Source of the DNA: Fimbriimonadales bacterium
GTDB taxonomy: Bacteria; Armatimonadota; Fimbriimonadia; Fimbriimonadales; Fimbriimonadaceae
Assembly (NCBI GenBank): GCA_026418055.1
Contig: JAOACB010000006.1
Coordinates: forward strand, 13,418-77,417
DNA length: 64,000 nt
Reading direction: 5' to 3'
Every line of letters starts with the position of its first letter. Position 1 is the first letter of the stretch. The notes under the pieces were generated by a model. That model saw nothing but the letters and a program-made list of their open reading frames with translations, was not told the DNA's origin and searched no databases. Shown piece after piece: positions 55,250 to 64,000 of this stretch. Made by a program: the position numbers and the translations under genes.

Positions 55250-56187
55250 GGCTTGTTGCGGTGTTGCTGGCCACAGGCTCGCTGGCGGGCTTGGGATGGA
55301 CCAGACCCGAGGAGGCCCGCCCGCTCGCAGACCGTGTCGTGCGGAGCCTCTGGACGGCTCGGTACTCTGGCGAGCGAACGGTGGAGCTGCTCCGCGGGCT
55401 GCAGAGGGTTCGGCACAGCGAGATCGTTCACAAAGACGGCGCCAAGACGCGCGTCGAGTACCTGGCGGGCTCGCCGCTGGAGGGAACGGTGGTCGTGGAG
55501 GACGGTCGCCGACGCTATGTGGTGAGGCCTTCCGGCGAGGGCATCGAGGAGGGGCCAGCGCGAGGAGACGACGCCGCCCGTAGGCTCGCCGCGATGCTGA
55601 GCGACCGAGAGAGGTTCGCGCTGAGGATTCGGAACGGCGAGATCGTCGCCGGATTGCCTTCGCGGGTGCTCGAGGTGGTGGACCGCCGCGGCATCCTGGC
55701 GCAAAGGCTTTGGGTCCACCCCCCGAGCGGGGTCGTGCTCAAGCGCGAGCTCTTCGGTCCGGCCGGCAGGCGCCTTGGGGGATTCGAGTTCCGCAGGATC
55801 GAACTGAACCCGAGGTTCGAGCCCGGCTTGTTCGATCCGCCCGGGCTGCCCGCGGCGCGAGCGCCGGTGCTCGAGCGCCTGCGCGCCCTGAGTCGGGAGG
55901 CGGGGTTCCTTCCGGCGCACCTGTCCCCCCGCGGCGGCTTCCGGTTGGACGCCGTGATGGTTCGTCGGATCGCCGGCCGCAGGGTGCTGGTGCAGGTCTA
56001 CCGGGGGAGGGAGGGTTTGGTGACCCTGTACCAGTTGGAGTCCCCCGGCGAGCGGCTCGAAGCGTTGCAACCGGATCCCGGTCTGAGCTTCCATGCTTGG
56101 GAGCGGAGCGGAAGGTCCTTCGTGCTGATCGGCGAGCCGCCCGCTGGAAGGCTCCGCGAGCTCGCCGCCAGCCTCGTGGTTCGTTAG
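55246..56187 (+). CDS. Exported MucB/RseB-like (LolA-fold-like) protein, tentative
   Basis: GTGA overlap with the anti-sigma gene, N-terminal signal, third position of an rpoE-rseA-rseB-like operon. The similarity call is by pattern only. Confidence 0.45.
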   Translation: MRLVAVLLATGSLAGLGWTRPEEARPLADRVVRSLWTARYSGERTVELLRGLQRVRHSEIVHKDGAKTRVEYLAGSPLEGTVVVEDGRRRYVVRPSGEGIEEGPARGDDAARRLAAMLSDRERFALRIRNGEIVAGLPSRVLEVVDRRGILAQRLWVHPPSGVVLKRELFGPAGRRLGGFEFRRIELNPRFEPGLFDPPGLPAARAPVLERLRALSREAGFLPAHLSPRGGFRLDAVMVRRIAGRRVLVQVYRGREGLVTLYQLESPGERLEALQPDPGLSFHAWERSGRSFVLIGEPPAGRLRELAASLVVR

Positions 56188-56203
56188 GGTCCCCGGCTTC
56201 GGA

Positions 56204-56209
56204 TATACT
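56204..56209 (+). promoter_or_regulatory. -10-like TATACT 7 nt upstream of the PBP1A GTG
   Basis: Read directly. Lies 17 nt after the upstream stop codon. Confidence 0.4.
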
Positions 56210-56216
56210 GCCGTTC

Positions 56217-58613
56217 GTGCCGCCCCGCGCACCCGTTCGGAAGGTCCCGGCGCGCCGGCGTTCGAGCCCTTGGAAGCGACGCCTCAAGATCTTTCTCGCC
56301 CTGCTGAGCATCGTTCTCTGCGTCGCGATCGCCGTCCCCACTTGGCTGTTCATGCGCTTGGTGCCCGAAGCCGAGCGACAACTGGAGAAGCTCGAGGAGA
56401 TCATCCAGGCCAACCTCAGCGAGCCGTCCCGCATCCTTTCGGCGGACGGCAAGGAGCTGTTCCGGGTCGCAACGGAGTACCGCGAGCCGGTGCAGAGGCT
56501 GGATGAGATCCCTCTGATCGTGCGGCAGGCCACCCTCGCCGCGGAGGACCGACGGTTCTACCGCCATCCTGGGGTGGACCCGCGGGCGGTGGTCCGAAGC
56601 TTGGTCACGAACATCCGGGAGGACCGCTTCGCCCAAGGAGCGAGCACGATCACCATGCAGCTCGCGCGCATCGTGACGCGCAGGTACCAGAAGACTTGGG
56701 ACCGCAAGCTCCGGGAGGCCGCGCTCGCCTACAGCATCGACCGGCGCTTCACCAAGGACCAGATCCTGCTCAACTATCTCAACCTGGCCTATTACGGCTC
56801 GGGAGCCTATGGGGTGAAGGCGGCGGCCCGCGTGTACTTCAACAAGTCCTTGGACCGGCTGACCGTGGCCGAGGCGGCCATGCTGGCGCGATGCCTGCGG
56901 AGGCCGAGCCGGGAGAACCCCTTCGACGATCTGCAGGCGTCGATCCGCAACCGCAACACCGTGCTGGCCGCCATGCGGGAGGAGGGCATGATCGACGAGC
57001 AGACGTACCGCGAGGCGATCCAGGAGCAGCCGAGGCTCAGGCGCCGCAACTTCGCCGGCGGCGCTCGGATCGCCGGCGCCCCGTATTTCGTGCAGTACGT
57101 GCTCTCCCATCTGCGGGCCAAGAAGCCGGACCTCGACCTGTCTCTCGGCGGGTACGTCGTGACCACCACGCTCGATTCGGCTCTGCAGGAGGTTGCCGAG
57201 CGGCAGGTCAGGGCCGTGGTCGAGGCGAATCGTCGGCGGCGCGTCTCGACCGGGGCGTTCCTGCTGATGGACTCCCGCGGCAGAATCCTCGCGATGGTCG
57301 GCGGCGTGGATTACAGCCGGAACCAGTACAACGTCATCACGCAGGGTCGCCGCCAGCCAGGTTCCAGCTTCAAGCCGTTCGTGTATGCCGCGGCTCTGGA
57401 TTCGGGCGCCCTGTCTCCCAACGACCGAGTGTCGAACGCGCGCTACGTTTGGCAGGACCCGTTGTCGGGCAAGGTCTGGGCCCCGGAGAACTCCGGCGGG
57501 GGGTACGGGGGGCCGGTGTCGCTGAAGTCGGCCATGGCTCGGTCGCTCAACGTCGTGGCCGTTCGGGTGGCGGAGAAGGCGGGAGCCGACACGGTCGTGG
57601 ACTACGCTCGTCGGGTGTTCGGCTTCGTGAGCCCGTTGGATCCCGTGCTGTCGATCGCCCTCGGGTCGAGCGCGGTCTCTCCGCTGGAGATGGCGAGGGG
57701 CTACTCCGTGTTCCAGCACAGGGGCAATCGGGTCGAGCCGTTCGGAATCGTGGACGTGAGGGATGTGGACGGCACGGTCGTCTACTCGGAGGAGCCGAAG
57801 CTGGTGCCATCCGGCCTGCGGCCCGAGGTGGCGGAAGAGATCGACTCCTACCTCCGCGAAGTGGTCGAGAGGGGGACCGCATCGGGCTTCCGCAGCCAGA
57901 TGCCTCCGAACTCGCGAGGAAAGACCGGGACCACTCAGGAGAACCGCGATGCATGGTTCTGCGGCTACACCGATCGCTTCCTGGGCATCGGATGGGTCGG
58001 CAACGAGGTGTACGACGAGCGAGAGAAGCGTTGGCGATACCTCCCCATGGGCTCCCGCGTGTTCGGCGGAACCGTCACGGTGCAGATTTGGGCCAAGGTC
58101 GTCAGCGAGGCCGTGAAGCGGTACGGCGACGTTCCACCATCGGCCGGGGACCTCGCCGAACCTCCGGTCGACGTTTCGATCGGCCCGGCCGAGGACGTGC
58201 CGACGGAGACGTTGGAGCAGCCGCCCGCCGAGGCTCAGGAGCCGATCGACGTCGTGCCGCCGGCCGCGGACGAGACCCGCGAGCCCCCGGCGCAACAGGA
58301 GCAGAGGCAGGGCGCCCCGCCGGAAGGACAGACGGCAGTGCCGTCGGTCGGCAGCGTGGATCCGGATCCGCTGCTCGGCGGCGAGGCCGGGCCCCGGCGG
58401 ATCGCGGAGTCTCCGGCGGCCGCGGTCGGCCTCGCCTCCCAACCAAAGGTGGCTCCGCCCAACGTGCCGAGGCCGCGGGAGACCGTGCGCGTGGAGATCT
58501 GCGCGGACACGCGGCTGAAGGCGACCATCTACTGCCCCGAGACCGTCGTCCGGGCGTTTCCCAAGGGCAGGGAACCGCGGGGAACCTGCAGGCGGCACAT
58601 CCCCGATCTCTGA
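56217..58613 (+). CDS. mrcA: Class A penicillin-binding protein (PBP1A; GT51 transglycosylase plus transpeptidase) with a Pro/Glu-rich C-terminal extension
   Basis: EDRRFYRHPGVD, GASTITMQLAR, QPGSSFKP (SxxK), GKTGTT (KTG). Confidence 0.9.
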   Translation: MPPRAPVRKVPARRRSSPWKRRLKIFLALLSIVLCVAIAVPTWLFMRLVPEAERQLEKLEEIIQANLSEPSRILSADGKELFRVATEYREPVQRLDEIPLIVRQATLAAEDRRFYRHPGVDPRAVVRSLVTNIREDRFAQGASTITMQLARIVTRRYQKTWDRKLREAALAYSIDRRFTKDQILLNYLNLAYYGSGAYGVKAAARVYFNKSLDRLTVAEAAMLARCLRRPSRENPFDDLQASIRNRNTVLAAMREEGMIDEQTYREAIQEQPRLRRRNFAGGARIAGAPYFVQYVLSHLRAKKPDLDLSLGGYVVTTTLDSALQEVAERQVRAVVEANRRRRVSTGAFLLMDSRGRILAMVGGVDYSRNQYNVITQGRRQPGSSFKPFVYAAALDSGALSPNDRVSNARYVWQDPLSGKVWAPENSGGGYGGPVSLKSAMARSLNVVAVRVAEKAGADTVVDYARRVFGFVSPLDPVLSIALGSSAVSPLEMARGYSVFQHRGNRVEPFGIVDVRDVDGTVVYSEEPKLVPSGLRPEVAEEIDSYLREVVERGTASGFRSQMPPNSRGKTGTTQENRDAWFCGYTDRFLGIGWVGNEVYDEREKRWRYLPMGSRVFGGTVTVQIWAKVVSEAVKRYGDVPPSAGDLAEPPVDVSIGPAEDVPTETLEQPPAEAQEPIDVVPPAADETREPPAQQEQRQGAPPEGQTAVPSVGSVDPDPLLGGEAGPRRIAESPAAAVGLASQPKVAPPNVPRPRETVRVEICADTRLKATIYCPETVVRAFPKGREPRGTCRRHIPDL

Positions 58614-58620
58614 CCCGAGC

Positions 58621-60483
58621 ATGTTCGTGAAGCCAGAGCAGAAGATCCCGGTCCACAAGGAGGGCCAGCCGAACCTGGAGGTTCGACACATCGTGACGCT
58701 CGGCCTGATCTTCGCGGCGTTGGCGGTGTTGGCGGTTCGGCTCTGGGTCCTGCAGGTGGTGCGACACGAGGAGCTGGTGGAGAAGGCCGAGGTGGTGCGC
58801 CAGGCCGTGATCCCCAAGCCGGCTCCGAGGGGGCTCATCGTGGATCGCAAGGGCAGGTTGCTGGCGGGCGTGCGTCCGCAGGTCGTCGTCACGGTGGTTC
58901 CCGACGCGGCTCGGCGCAACCCTTGGATCGTCGACAAGCTGGCGAGCATGCTGGGAGCCTCGCCGCAGAAGATCCGCGAGAGGATCGAGCAGGGGGCTTG
59001 GAGGCGCTACCTTCCAACGCCCGTCTTTGTGGGAGCCAGCGTTCCGGTCGCCACGCGAATCGCCGAGGCTGGTCCGCACCTGCCGGGCGTCGGTGTCGAA
59101 ACCCAGCCGATGCGGTACTACCCGGACAGCAAGTCCTTCTCGCACATCCTCGGCTACGTCTGGACCCCCGACAGTCGGGACGTCGAGCGGCTGGAAGAGC
59201 TCGGATTGAAGGCTCCCGAGTACGTGGGCAAGCTCGGGGTGGAGTACCACTACGAAAGGGAGCTGATGGGGGTGGAGGGCCGCGAGCGCGTCGAGGTGGA
59301 CGTCCGCCGCCGACCGGTCCGGGTGCTCGGGCGGGATAACCCCGTGCCCGGCTCGAGGCTCACGCTGGGCATCGACGCGGACCTGCAGCGCCGGGCGTTG
59401 GAGCTGCTCGGCTCCCGCCGTGGAGCGGTCGTCATGCTGGATCCGTCGTCCGGCGAGGTGCTGTGCCTGGCTTCGAGCCCCACGTACGACGTGCGGCTGT
59501 TCGAGGGAGGCATCAGCCGCGAGGACTACAGAAGGCTGCAGGAGGATCGGCGGGCTCCCTTGCTGAACCGTGCGATCCGCGGCTTCTATTCCCCGGGATC
59601 GACGTTCAAGATCGTCACGTCGATGGCCGCCCGCCGCGCGGGCGTGTTCTCGAACACCCGTCCGGTGGCCTGCCGCGGCTACTTCCAGATCGGCCGGCGC
59701 AGGCTCCGCTGCCTCGGGGTCCATGGAGCGATCGCCTTCCCGAACGCCATGGCCAAGTCGTGCAACACGTACTTCGCCAGCCTTGGGATGGACGCGGGCC
59801 CCGACGCCCTCATCGAGCTGGCTCTGGAGGCGGGGCTGGGCCAGAAAACCGGCATCGACTTGCGCGGCGAGGGAGCAGGCATCGTGCCGACGAGGGAGTG
59901 GATGGCCACGCACCGCGATCCCCCTCGGTGGTACGGAGGGGACACGGCCAACATGGCCATCGGCCAGGGGTTTCTCAGTCTCACACCGTTGCAGATGGCC
60001 CAACTGATCGCGCTCGTGGCCAACCGCGGCGTGGCCTACAGGCCCCATTTGGTGAGGCGGATCACCGAGCCGGGGGCGGGTGGAGCCACGAGGAGCGTCG
60101 AACCCGAGGCGACGCACCGGGTGGACGCTGACCCTGCCTTCTGGGAGGCGCTGGTCGGTTCGCTTCGCGGCGTCGTAGAGGCCGGGACGGCCGTCAGCGC
60201 GCGGATTCCCGGCATCGCCTGGTGCGGCAAGACGGGCAGCACCGAGCACGTGCGGGGGAGGAAGACGCACGGGTGGTTCGTGGGGTTCGCGCCCATGGAT
60301 CGGCCCATGGTGGCCATCGCGGTGCTCGTGGAAGAGTCGGGCCATGGCGGCGAGGTGGCCGCTCCGATCGCTAGGGAGCTTGTGGCCGCCTACCTGCTCG
60401 GGAGGCCTTCCGCCGCAGCGGCGAAGGACGAGGCCTCCTCCTCGGCCGACACCGCCTCGGCGGTTCGACCCGCCGTGCGATAG
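58621..60483 (+). CDS. mrdA: Penicillin-binding protein 2 (class B elongation transpeptidase)
   Basis: N-terminal TM, PRGLIVDRKG, SPGSTFKIV (SxxK), GKTGST (KTG). Confidence 0.9.
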   Translation: MFVKPEQKIPVHKEGQPNLEVRHIVTLGLIFAALAVLAVRLWVLQVVRHEELVEKAEVVRQAVIPKPAPRGLIVDRKGRLLAGVRPQVVVTVVPDAARRNPWIVDKLASMLGASPQKIRERIEQGAWRRYLPTPVFVGASVPVATRIAEAGPHLPGVGVETQPMRYYPDSKSFSHILGYVWTPDSRDVERLEELGLKAPEYVGKLGVEYHYERELMGVEGRERVEVDVRRRPVRVLGRDNPVPGSRLTLGIDADLQRRALELLGSRRGAVVMLDPSSGEVLCLASSPTYDVRLFEGGISREDYRRLQEDRRAPLLNRAIRGFYSPGSTFKIVTSMAARRAGVFSNTRPVACRGYFQIGRRRLRCLGVHGAIAFPNAMAKSCNTYFASLGMDAGPDALIELALEAGLGQKTGIDLRGEGAGIVPTREWMATHRDPPRWYGGDTANMAIGQGFLSLTPLQMAQLIALVANRGVAYRPHLVRRITEPGAGGATRSVEPEATHRVDADPAFWEALVGSLRGVVEAGTAVSARIPGIAWCGKTGSTEHVRGRKTHGWFVGFAPMDRPMVAIAVLVEESGHGGEVAAPIARELVAAYLLGRPSAAAAKDEASSSADTASAVRPAVR

Positions 60484-62501
60484 GCCGCAGCCATCAGGAG
60501 GGTTGCTCGCTCCGCGTCGGCTAGCACCTCGCGCGCTCGGTCGGCCGTCTCTCCGCCGAGGGAGGCCCCCTGCTTCGCGGCTTGGACGACGCGGGGAAGC
60601 GTCACGTCTCGGTAGCGCCGGTACAGCTCCACGGCTGGTGCAAGCCAGCGGATCCTCTCCTCTGGGGCCCGCGCCCGCTCGGCCAGAAACACGCGGGCCA
60701 GAGCGGTCTCCGTGGGGATGATTTCGGGCAGAGCCCGGACGCGGAAGTACGGGGTCTGCTCGATGCGAACCATCCGGCGGGCCGTCTGCACGGCGGCATC
60801 GAGGTCGCCACCGGCCTGTTGGAGCTCGAGGATGAGAGCCCACGTCGGGAGGTTGTTGGGGTCGAAGCGAAGGGCTTGCGAGAGCGTGGCGACGGCTGCG
60901 GCCGTCCTTCCCGAGGCAGCCTGCTCGCGCGCCAGGGCCCTCAGGTGTCGGGTGCTCGGTGCGAGCCGCACGGCCCTCTGCAGCAGGCTCTCGCGATCCG
61001 GACCGGGCGGTTCGAGCTGAGCCAACAGGTAGAAGACTTCTCCGTCGAAGGGAGCCAGGGTTTCGGCCTGGCGGAGCTTGCGCGCCGCTTCGGTCCGCTG
61101 TCCGGCCGTTGCCAAGCCCACCGCCTGGCACACCAGGGCCCTCTGCCATCCCAGCCACAGCATCAGCGCCGCCAAGCCGACAGGGATGGCCAGCGTCGCC
61201 AGCCGCAAAGGCTTCGGCGTGAGTTCGGGCGACACTCCGTCCGGGGCCAGCGACAGCCCCAGGCCCAGCAGCGCGAAGAACGCGAAGCCCAAGCCCGCGT
61301 AGTGCAGGTCGCTGTCGATGAGGCTGTGCGCCGCCGCAGCCACCACGGCGGCGAACACCGACGAGCGCCAGGCCGCGCGCTCCCAGGGCACTCTGCGCAG
61401 GGCCCTCAGAGCCTCCACGCCCCAAGCCAGCAGCAGCGCCGCCAAGAGCCCTGCCGACAGCCAAGATGCTTCTGCGGCGAGCTGGAGGAAGGAGTTGTGC
61501 GCGTAGTAGGTCTGGGTGGTCAGGCCGGGCTCCGCAGACCGGTAGCGGTAGGCGCCGACGCCGACGCCCTCGGGATGGCGCGTGGCCAGTTGCGCCGCGC
61601 CTCTCCAGAGAAGCAGCCGGAACCCGGACGACTGTTCGGACGTCTGCTCGGCCCGCACGACGCGGCCCAACGCCGATGGCCCCTGTTGCGGCTGGGTGGC
61701 GCGCAGAGCGAACCCCAGCAAGGCTAGAACGGCGACCGCAGCGAGCGCACCCGAGGCCGCGCGCCGCCGCCGCTGGGATTCCTCAGCCCGCACGAGCATC
61801 AAAGAGAGATAGATCGCCGTCCCGAAGGCGACCGTCAGGAACACACCCTTGGACTGCGTCAGCAGCAGCGCCAGACCCAGCACGGCCTGCCCGGCAAAAG
61901 CCGCGAGGTTCCAAGGTCGGCGGGCGGTTCCAAGGAGAGCCAGGCCCAGCAGCCAACCGATCTGCAGCATCGCGGCCAGAGCGTTCGGGTTCACCCACGT
62001 GCCGAACACACGCCAGGACGGATCGACGGCCCGCATCGATCCGTACTCAAGCAACGCCAGGCAAGCCTGCGCGACGGTTCCGGCCCACAGCGCGCCGAGC
62101 AGAACCTTGGGTCCCAGGCTGCGGCCAGCAACCGCGGCGGCCATCCAGAGAGCGGAGAGCGTCAGGAGCCAGCCTGCCAGGGCTGTCACGGCCGCCATGC
62201 GGAAGGGGGAGACCGTCGCCGAGAGGGCCAGCAGGAGGGCCAGTCCCGCTGCCATCCCAGCGAGCGAGAGCTTGGGCAACTGCAGCACGCGGTGGAACGC
62301 TGCGCACCACGCGAGGGCCGCCAGCCCCATGCATCCGAACAAGGCGTGAGAAAGCAGGGGCCCCTCAGCCGAGCCGACCAGGGCCGCAACCCATGGCGAC
62401 ACCGTAGGGTCCAACGGCTGGGCGTCCACGGGAACCTGGCCGCCCAGCAGGGGAGCCAGGAACAGCGCGAGGCCAGCCAGAATCCACGGCGCCAGGTTCA
62501 T
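60390..62501 (-). CDS. O-antigen ligase/Wzy-like polytopic membrane domain fused to C-terminal TPR repeats (703 aa)
   Basis: About 10 or more TM helices with LLLTQSKG and AHNSFLQLAAE motifs, then TPR-like helices. ATGA overlap with the upstream GT2 gene. Confidence 0.75.
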   Translation of the reverse strand: MNLAPWILAGLALFLAPLLGGQVPVDAQPLDPTVSPWVAALVGSAEGPLLSHALFGCMGLAALAWCAAFHRVLQLPKLSLAGMAAGLALLLALSATVSPFRMAAVTALAGWLLTLSALWMAAAVAGRSLGPKVLLGALWAGTVAQACLALLEYGSMRAVDPSWRVFGTWVNPNALAAMLQIGWLLGLALLGTARRPWNLAAFAGQAVLGLALLLTQSKGVFLTVAFGTAIYLSLMLVRAEESQRRRRAASGALAAVAVLALLGFALRATQPQQGPSALGRVVRAEQTSEQSSGFRLLLWRGAAQLATRHPEGVGVGAYRYRSAEPGLTTQTYYAHNSFLQLAAEASWLSAGLLAALLLAWGVEALRALRRVPWERAAWRSSVFAAVVAAAAHSLIDSDLHYAGLGFAFFALLGLGLSLAPDGVSPELTPKPLRLATLAIPVGLAALMLWLGWQRALVCQAVGLATAGQRTEAARKLRQAETLAPFDGEVFYLLAQLEPPGPDRESLLQRAVRLAPSTRHLRALAREQAASGRTAAAVATLSQALRFDPNNLPTWALILELQQAGGDLDAAVQTARRMVRIEQTPYFRVRALPEIIPTETALARVFLAERARAPEERIRWLAPAVELYRRYRDVTLPRVVQAAKQGASLGGETADRAREVLADAERATLLMAAAYRTAGRTAEAVSAEEEASSFAAAAEGLPSR

Positions 62502-63397
62502 CGCCTCAGCCTCCGGACAACCTCGTCCTTCCAGTTCTTGAGGATGAACACCGACGCCCTGGCTGCGAGCGCCGCGGCCGCCAAGGCTACCGCGGGAAAG
62601 CGGAGAAGGGGGTGCATCGAGGGCACCATGTTCTTTCGGTAGAAGCGCAGCATCGAGCCGTGGAACAGGACGATCATGCGGTTGGCAGCCTTGTCGGTGC
62701 TGCGACCGATCGCGTGGGTGACCAGGCAGTGCGGCACGTACACCACCTTCATCCCCGCCCTCCAGACTCGCCAGCACCAATCGACGTCCTCGCAGAACAT
62801 GAAGAAGCCCTCGTCGAACAGCCCGACTTCCTCCAGAACCCGCCGGCTGACCATGAACGCCGCGCCGGAAACCCAGTCGACCTCCCGGGGAGTGGAATGG
62901 TCCCAGTCCATCATCAGGTACTCGCGGGTGAAGCGGTTGTTGGGGAAGAGCCTGCCGATGGGGGTGTTGCGGAAGAGAGCGGCCACGGGATTCGGGAACC
63001 GCCGGCAGCTCATCTGCAGGCTGCCGTCGGTATTGAGCAGCTTGGGCCCCAGAATCCCGCACTCCGGGTGATCCGCAAGGTAGTCCAGCAACCCTCGGAG
63101 GCAACCGGGGTGCACGACGGTGTCGGAGTTCAGGACGAACGCGTGGGGCGCCCTTCGCAGTCGCAGCGCGTGGTTGTGGCCTTTGGTGAAGCCTAGGTTG
63201 CGGTCCATGCGCTCCAGGCGCACCCAAGGGAACTCGGCCTCCACCATGTCCGGAGAGCCGTCCGAGGACGCGTTGTCGACCACGATCACCTCGAACCGCG
63301 CCTCGTGGCGGCGGTCCTGGAGGCTCTGGAGACAGGCGCGAAGGTCTGCCGCCGTGTTCCAGCTACAGATCGTGACCGTGAGCTCCAAATCCGCCAT
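62498..63397 (-). CDS. Family 2 glycosyltransferase
   Basis: VTICSWNTAADLRACLQSL, VIVVDNASSDGS, LNSDTVV (DxD-type) motifs. Confidence 0.85.
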   Translation of the reverse strand: MADLELTVTICSWNTAADLRACLQSLQDRRHEARFEVIVVDNASSDGSPDMVEAEFPWVRLERMDRNLGFTKGHNHALRLRRAPHAFVLNSDTVVHPGCLRGLLDYLADHPECGILGPKLLNTDGSLQMSCRRFPNPVAALFRNTPIGRLFPNNRFTREYLMMDWDHSTPREVDWVSGAAFMVSRRVLEEVGLFDEGFFMFCEDVDWCWRVWRAGMKVVYVPHCLVTHAIGRSTDKAANRMIVLFHGSMLRFYRKNMVPSMHPLLRFPAVALAAAALAARASVFILKNWKDEVVRRLRR

Positions 63398-64000
63398 AGT
63401 ATCCGCGCGCCCGCACGAAGGCGGCCGCGTACAGCAGCAACGCCAGCAAGCCCCGCGCCAATGGGCCGCCTCTCACCAATCGGTGCTTGGCCAGATACCG
63501 CACCAAGCTGCGGTGAGACTCCCAGATCATCTGCGGTCGAACCTGGCGCGTGCTCTCGCCCCCTAGGTGCCTCACGCGGACTTCCGGGTCGTACAGGCAG
63601 GGCCATCCAGCCTGGTGCATGCGAAAGAGCAGGTCGACTTCGTTGAAGAAGATCGGGAAGGCTGGATCGAAGGGAGCCTTGGAGTCACCCACCGACTCGA
63701 GGGCGTCCCTGCGGAAGAGCAGGAAGGTACCCATCGGCTGGGGAGCGTCCTGGAGCCGGTCGTAGTCGAAGGTGGGAAGCCGGTAGGAGGCGAAGGGCGA
63801 ACGGGGGAACAGCCGCCAGAGTTCGGCGAGCTCGCCGAAGATCCCTGCCACGGTGGGGAAGCCCCGAACCGACCTCTGGGTTGCCCCGTCCGGTCCGATC
63901 AGCCTGGGCGCCAGAGCGCCGTGCGCTGGATGGCGCTCCAGGGACTCGCAGGCGCGCTCCAGGGAGTCATCCAGAAGCTCCGTGTCGGGATTGAGGGTCA
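63363..64000 (-). CDS. Family 2 glycosyltransferase; the N-terminus lies beyond the window end
   Basis: The frame stays open from 63851 to nt 64000 (..TLNPDTELLDDSLERACESL..APRLIGPDGATQRSVRGFPT..). NEVDLLFR motif. The 3' end overlaps the next GT2 start by 35 nt. Confidence 0.75.
   Translation of the reverse strand, partial: TLNPDTELLDDSLERACESLERHPAHGALAPRLIGPDGATQRSVRGFPTVAGIFGELAELWRLFPRSPFASYRLPTFDYDRLQDAPQPMGTFLLFRRDALESVGDSKAPFDPAFPIFFNEVDLLFRMHQAGWPCLYDPEVRVRHLGGESTRQVRPQMIWESHRSLVRYLAKHRLVRGGPLARGLLALLLYAAAFVRARGYYGGFGAHGHDL

Noticed and set aside
58102-61464. 1120-aa minus-strand ORF spanning PBP1A, PBP2 and the O-antigen-ligase gene; also the 921-aa ORF at 56184-58949
   Set aside because: Low-complexity Arg/Pro/Gly/Ala translation that crosses several well-supported genes in different orientations. 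A high-GC artefact.

Overview
High-GC (roughly two-thirds G+C by eye), densely coding bacterial chromosomal segment with about 65 genes on both strands. Most are core or housekeeping genes: eno, nadE, xth, dnaN, smpB, a dapF-hfq-miaA-apt string, PBP1A and PBP2, a Liv-type ABC importer, an acyl-CoA dehydrogenase/ETF-QO/EtfBA operon and tRNA-Glu(CUC). Polysaccharide and envelope genes sit at both ends (Wzz/BY-kinase-like, glycosyltransferases, O-antigen-ligase-like). I found no CRISPR array, transposase, integrase, prophage or recognisable defence genes, so this looks like core genome rather than an island. An orphan pilin-like DUF1559-type protein, a giant secreted GH2 and URO-D-like paralogs hint at an Armatimonadota/PVC-like diderm, which I cannot verify. 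The points most worth a second look are: (1) a sugar-regulated locus at 3.6-12.5 kb that pairs an orphan pseudopilin-like gene and two translationally coupled mini-proteins with an AraR-architecture regulator, GTCTAGAC palindromic operators, a URO-D-like gene and a 1664-aa GH2; (2) a recurrent TANNNT hexamer 5-9 nt upstream of start codons at 11 genes, implying leaderless mRNAs and very compact bidirectional promoters; (3) dnaN apparently co-transcribed with an ECF sigma factor and a small acidic protein; (4) a sequence-divergent ETF pair in an operon with an ETF-QO and a 743-aa acyl-CoA dehydrogenase; (5) several coupled pairs of unknown function (Met-rich lipoprotein plus 241-aa protein, ATP-grasp-like plus GNAT, ferredoxin plus LemA). 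None of these is proven novel, and each needs database or experimental checks that I cannot run here.
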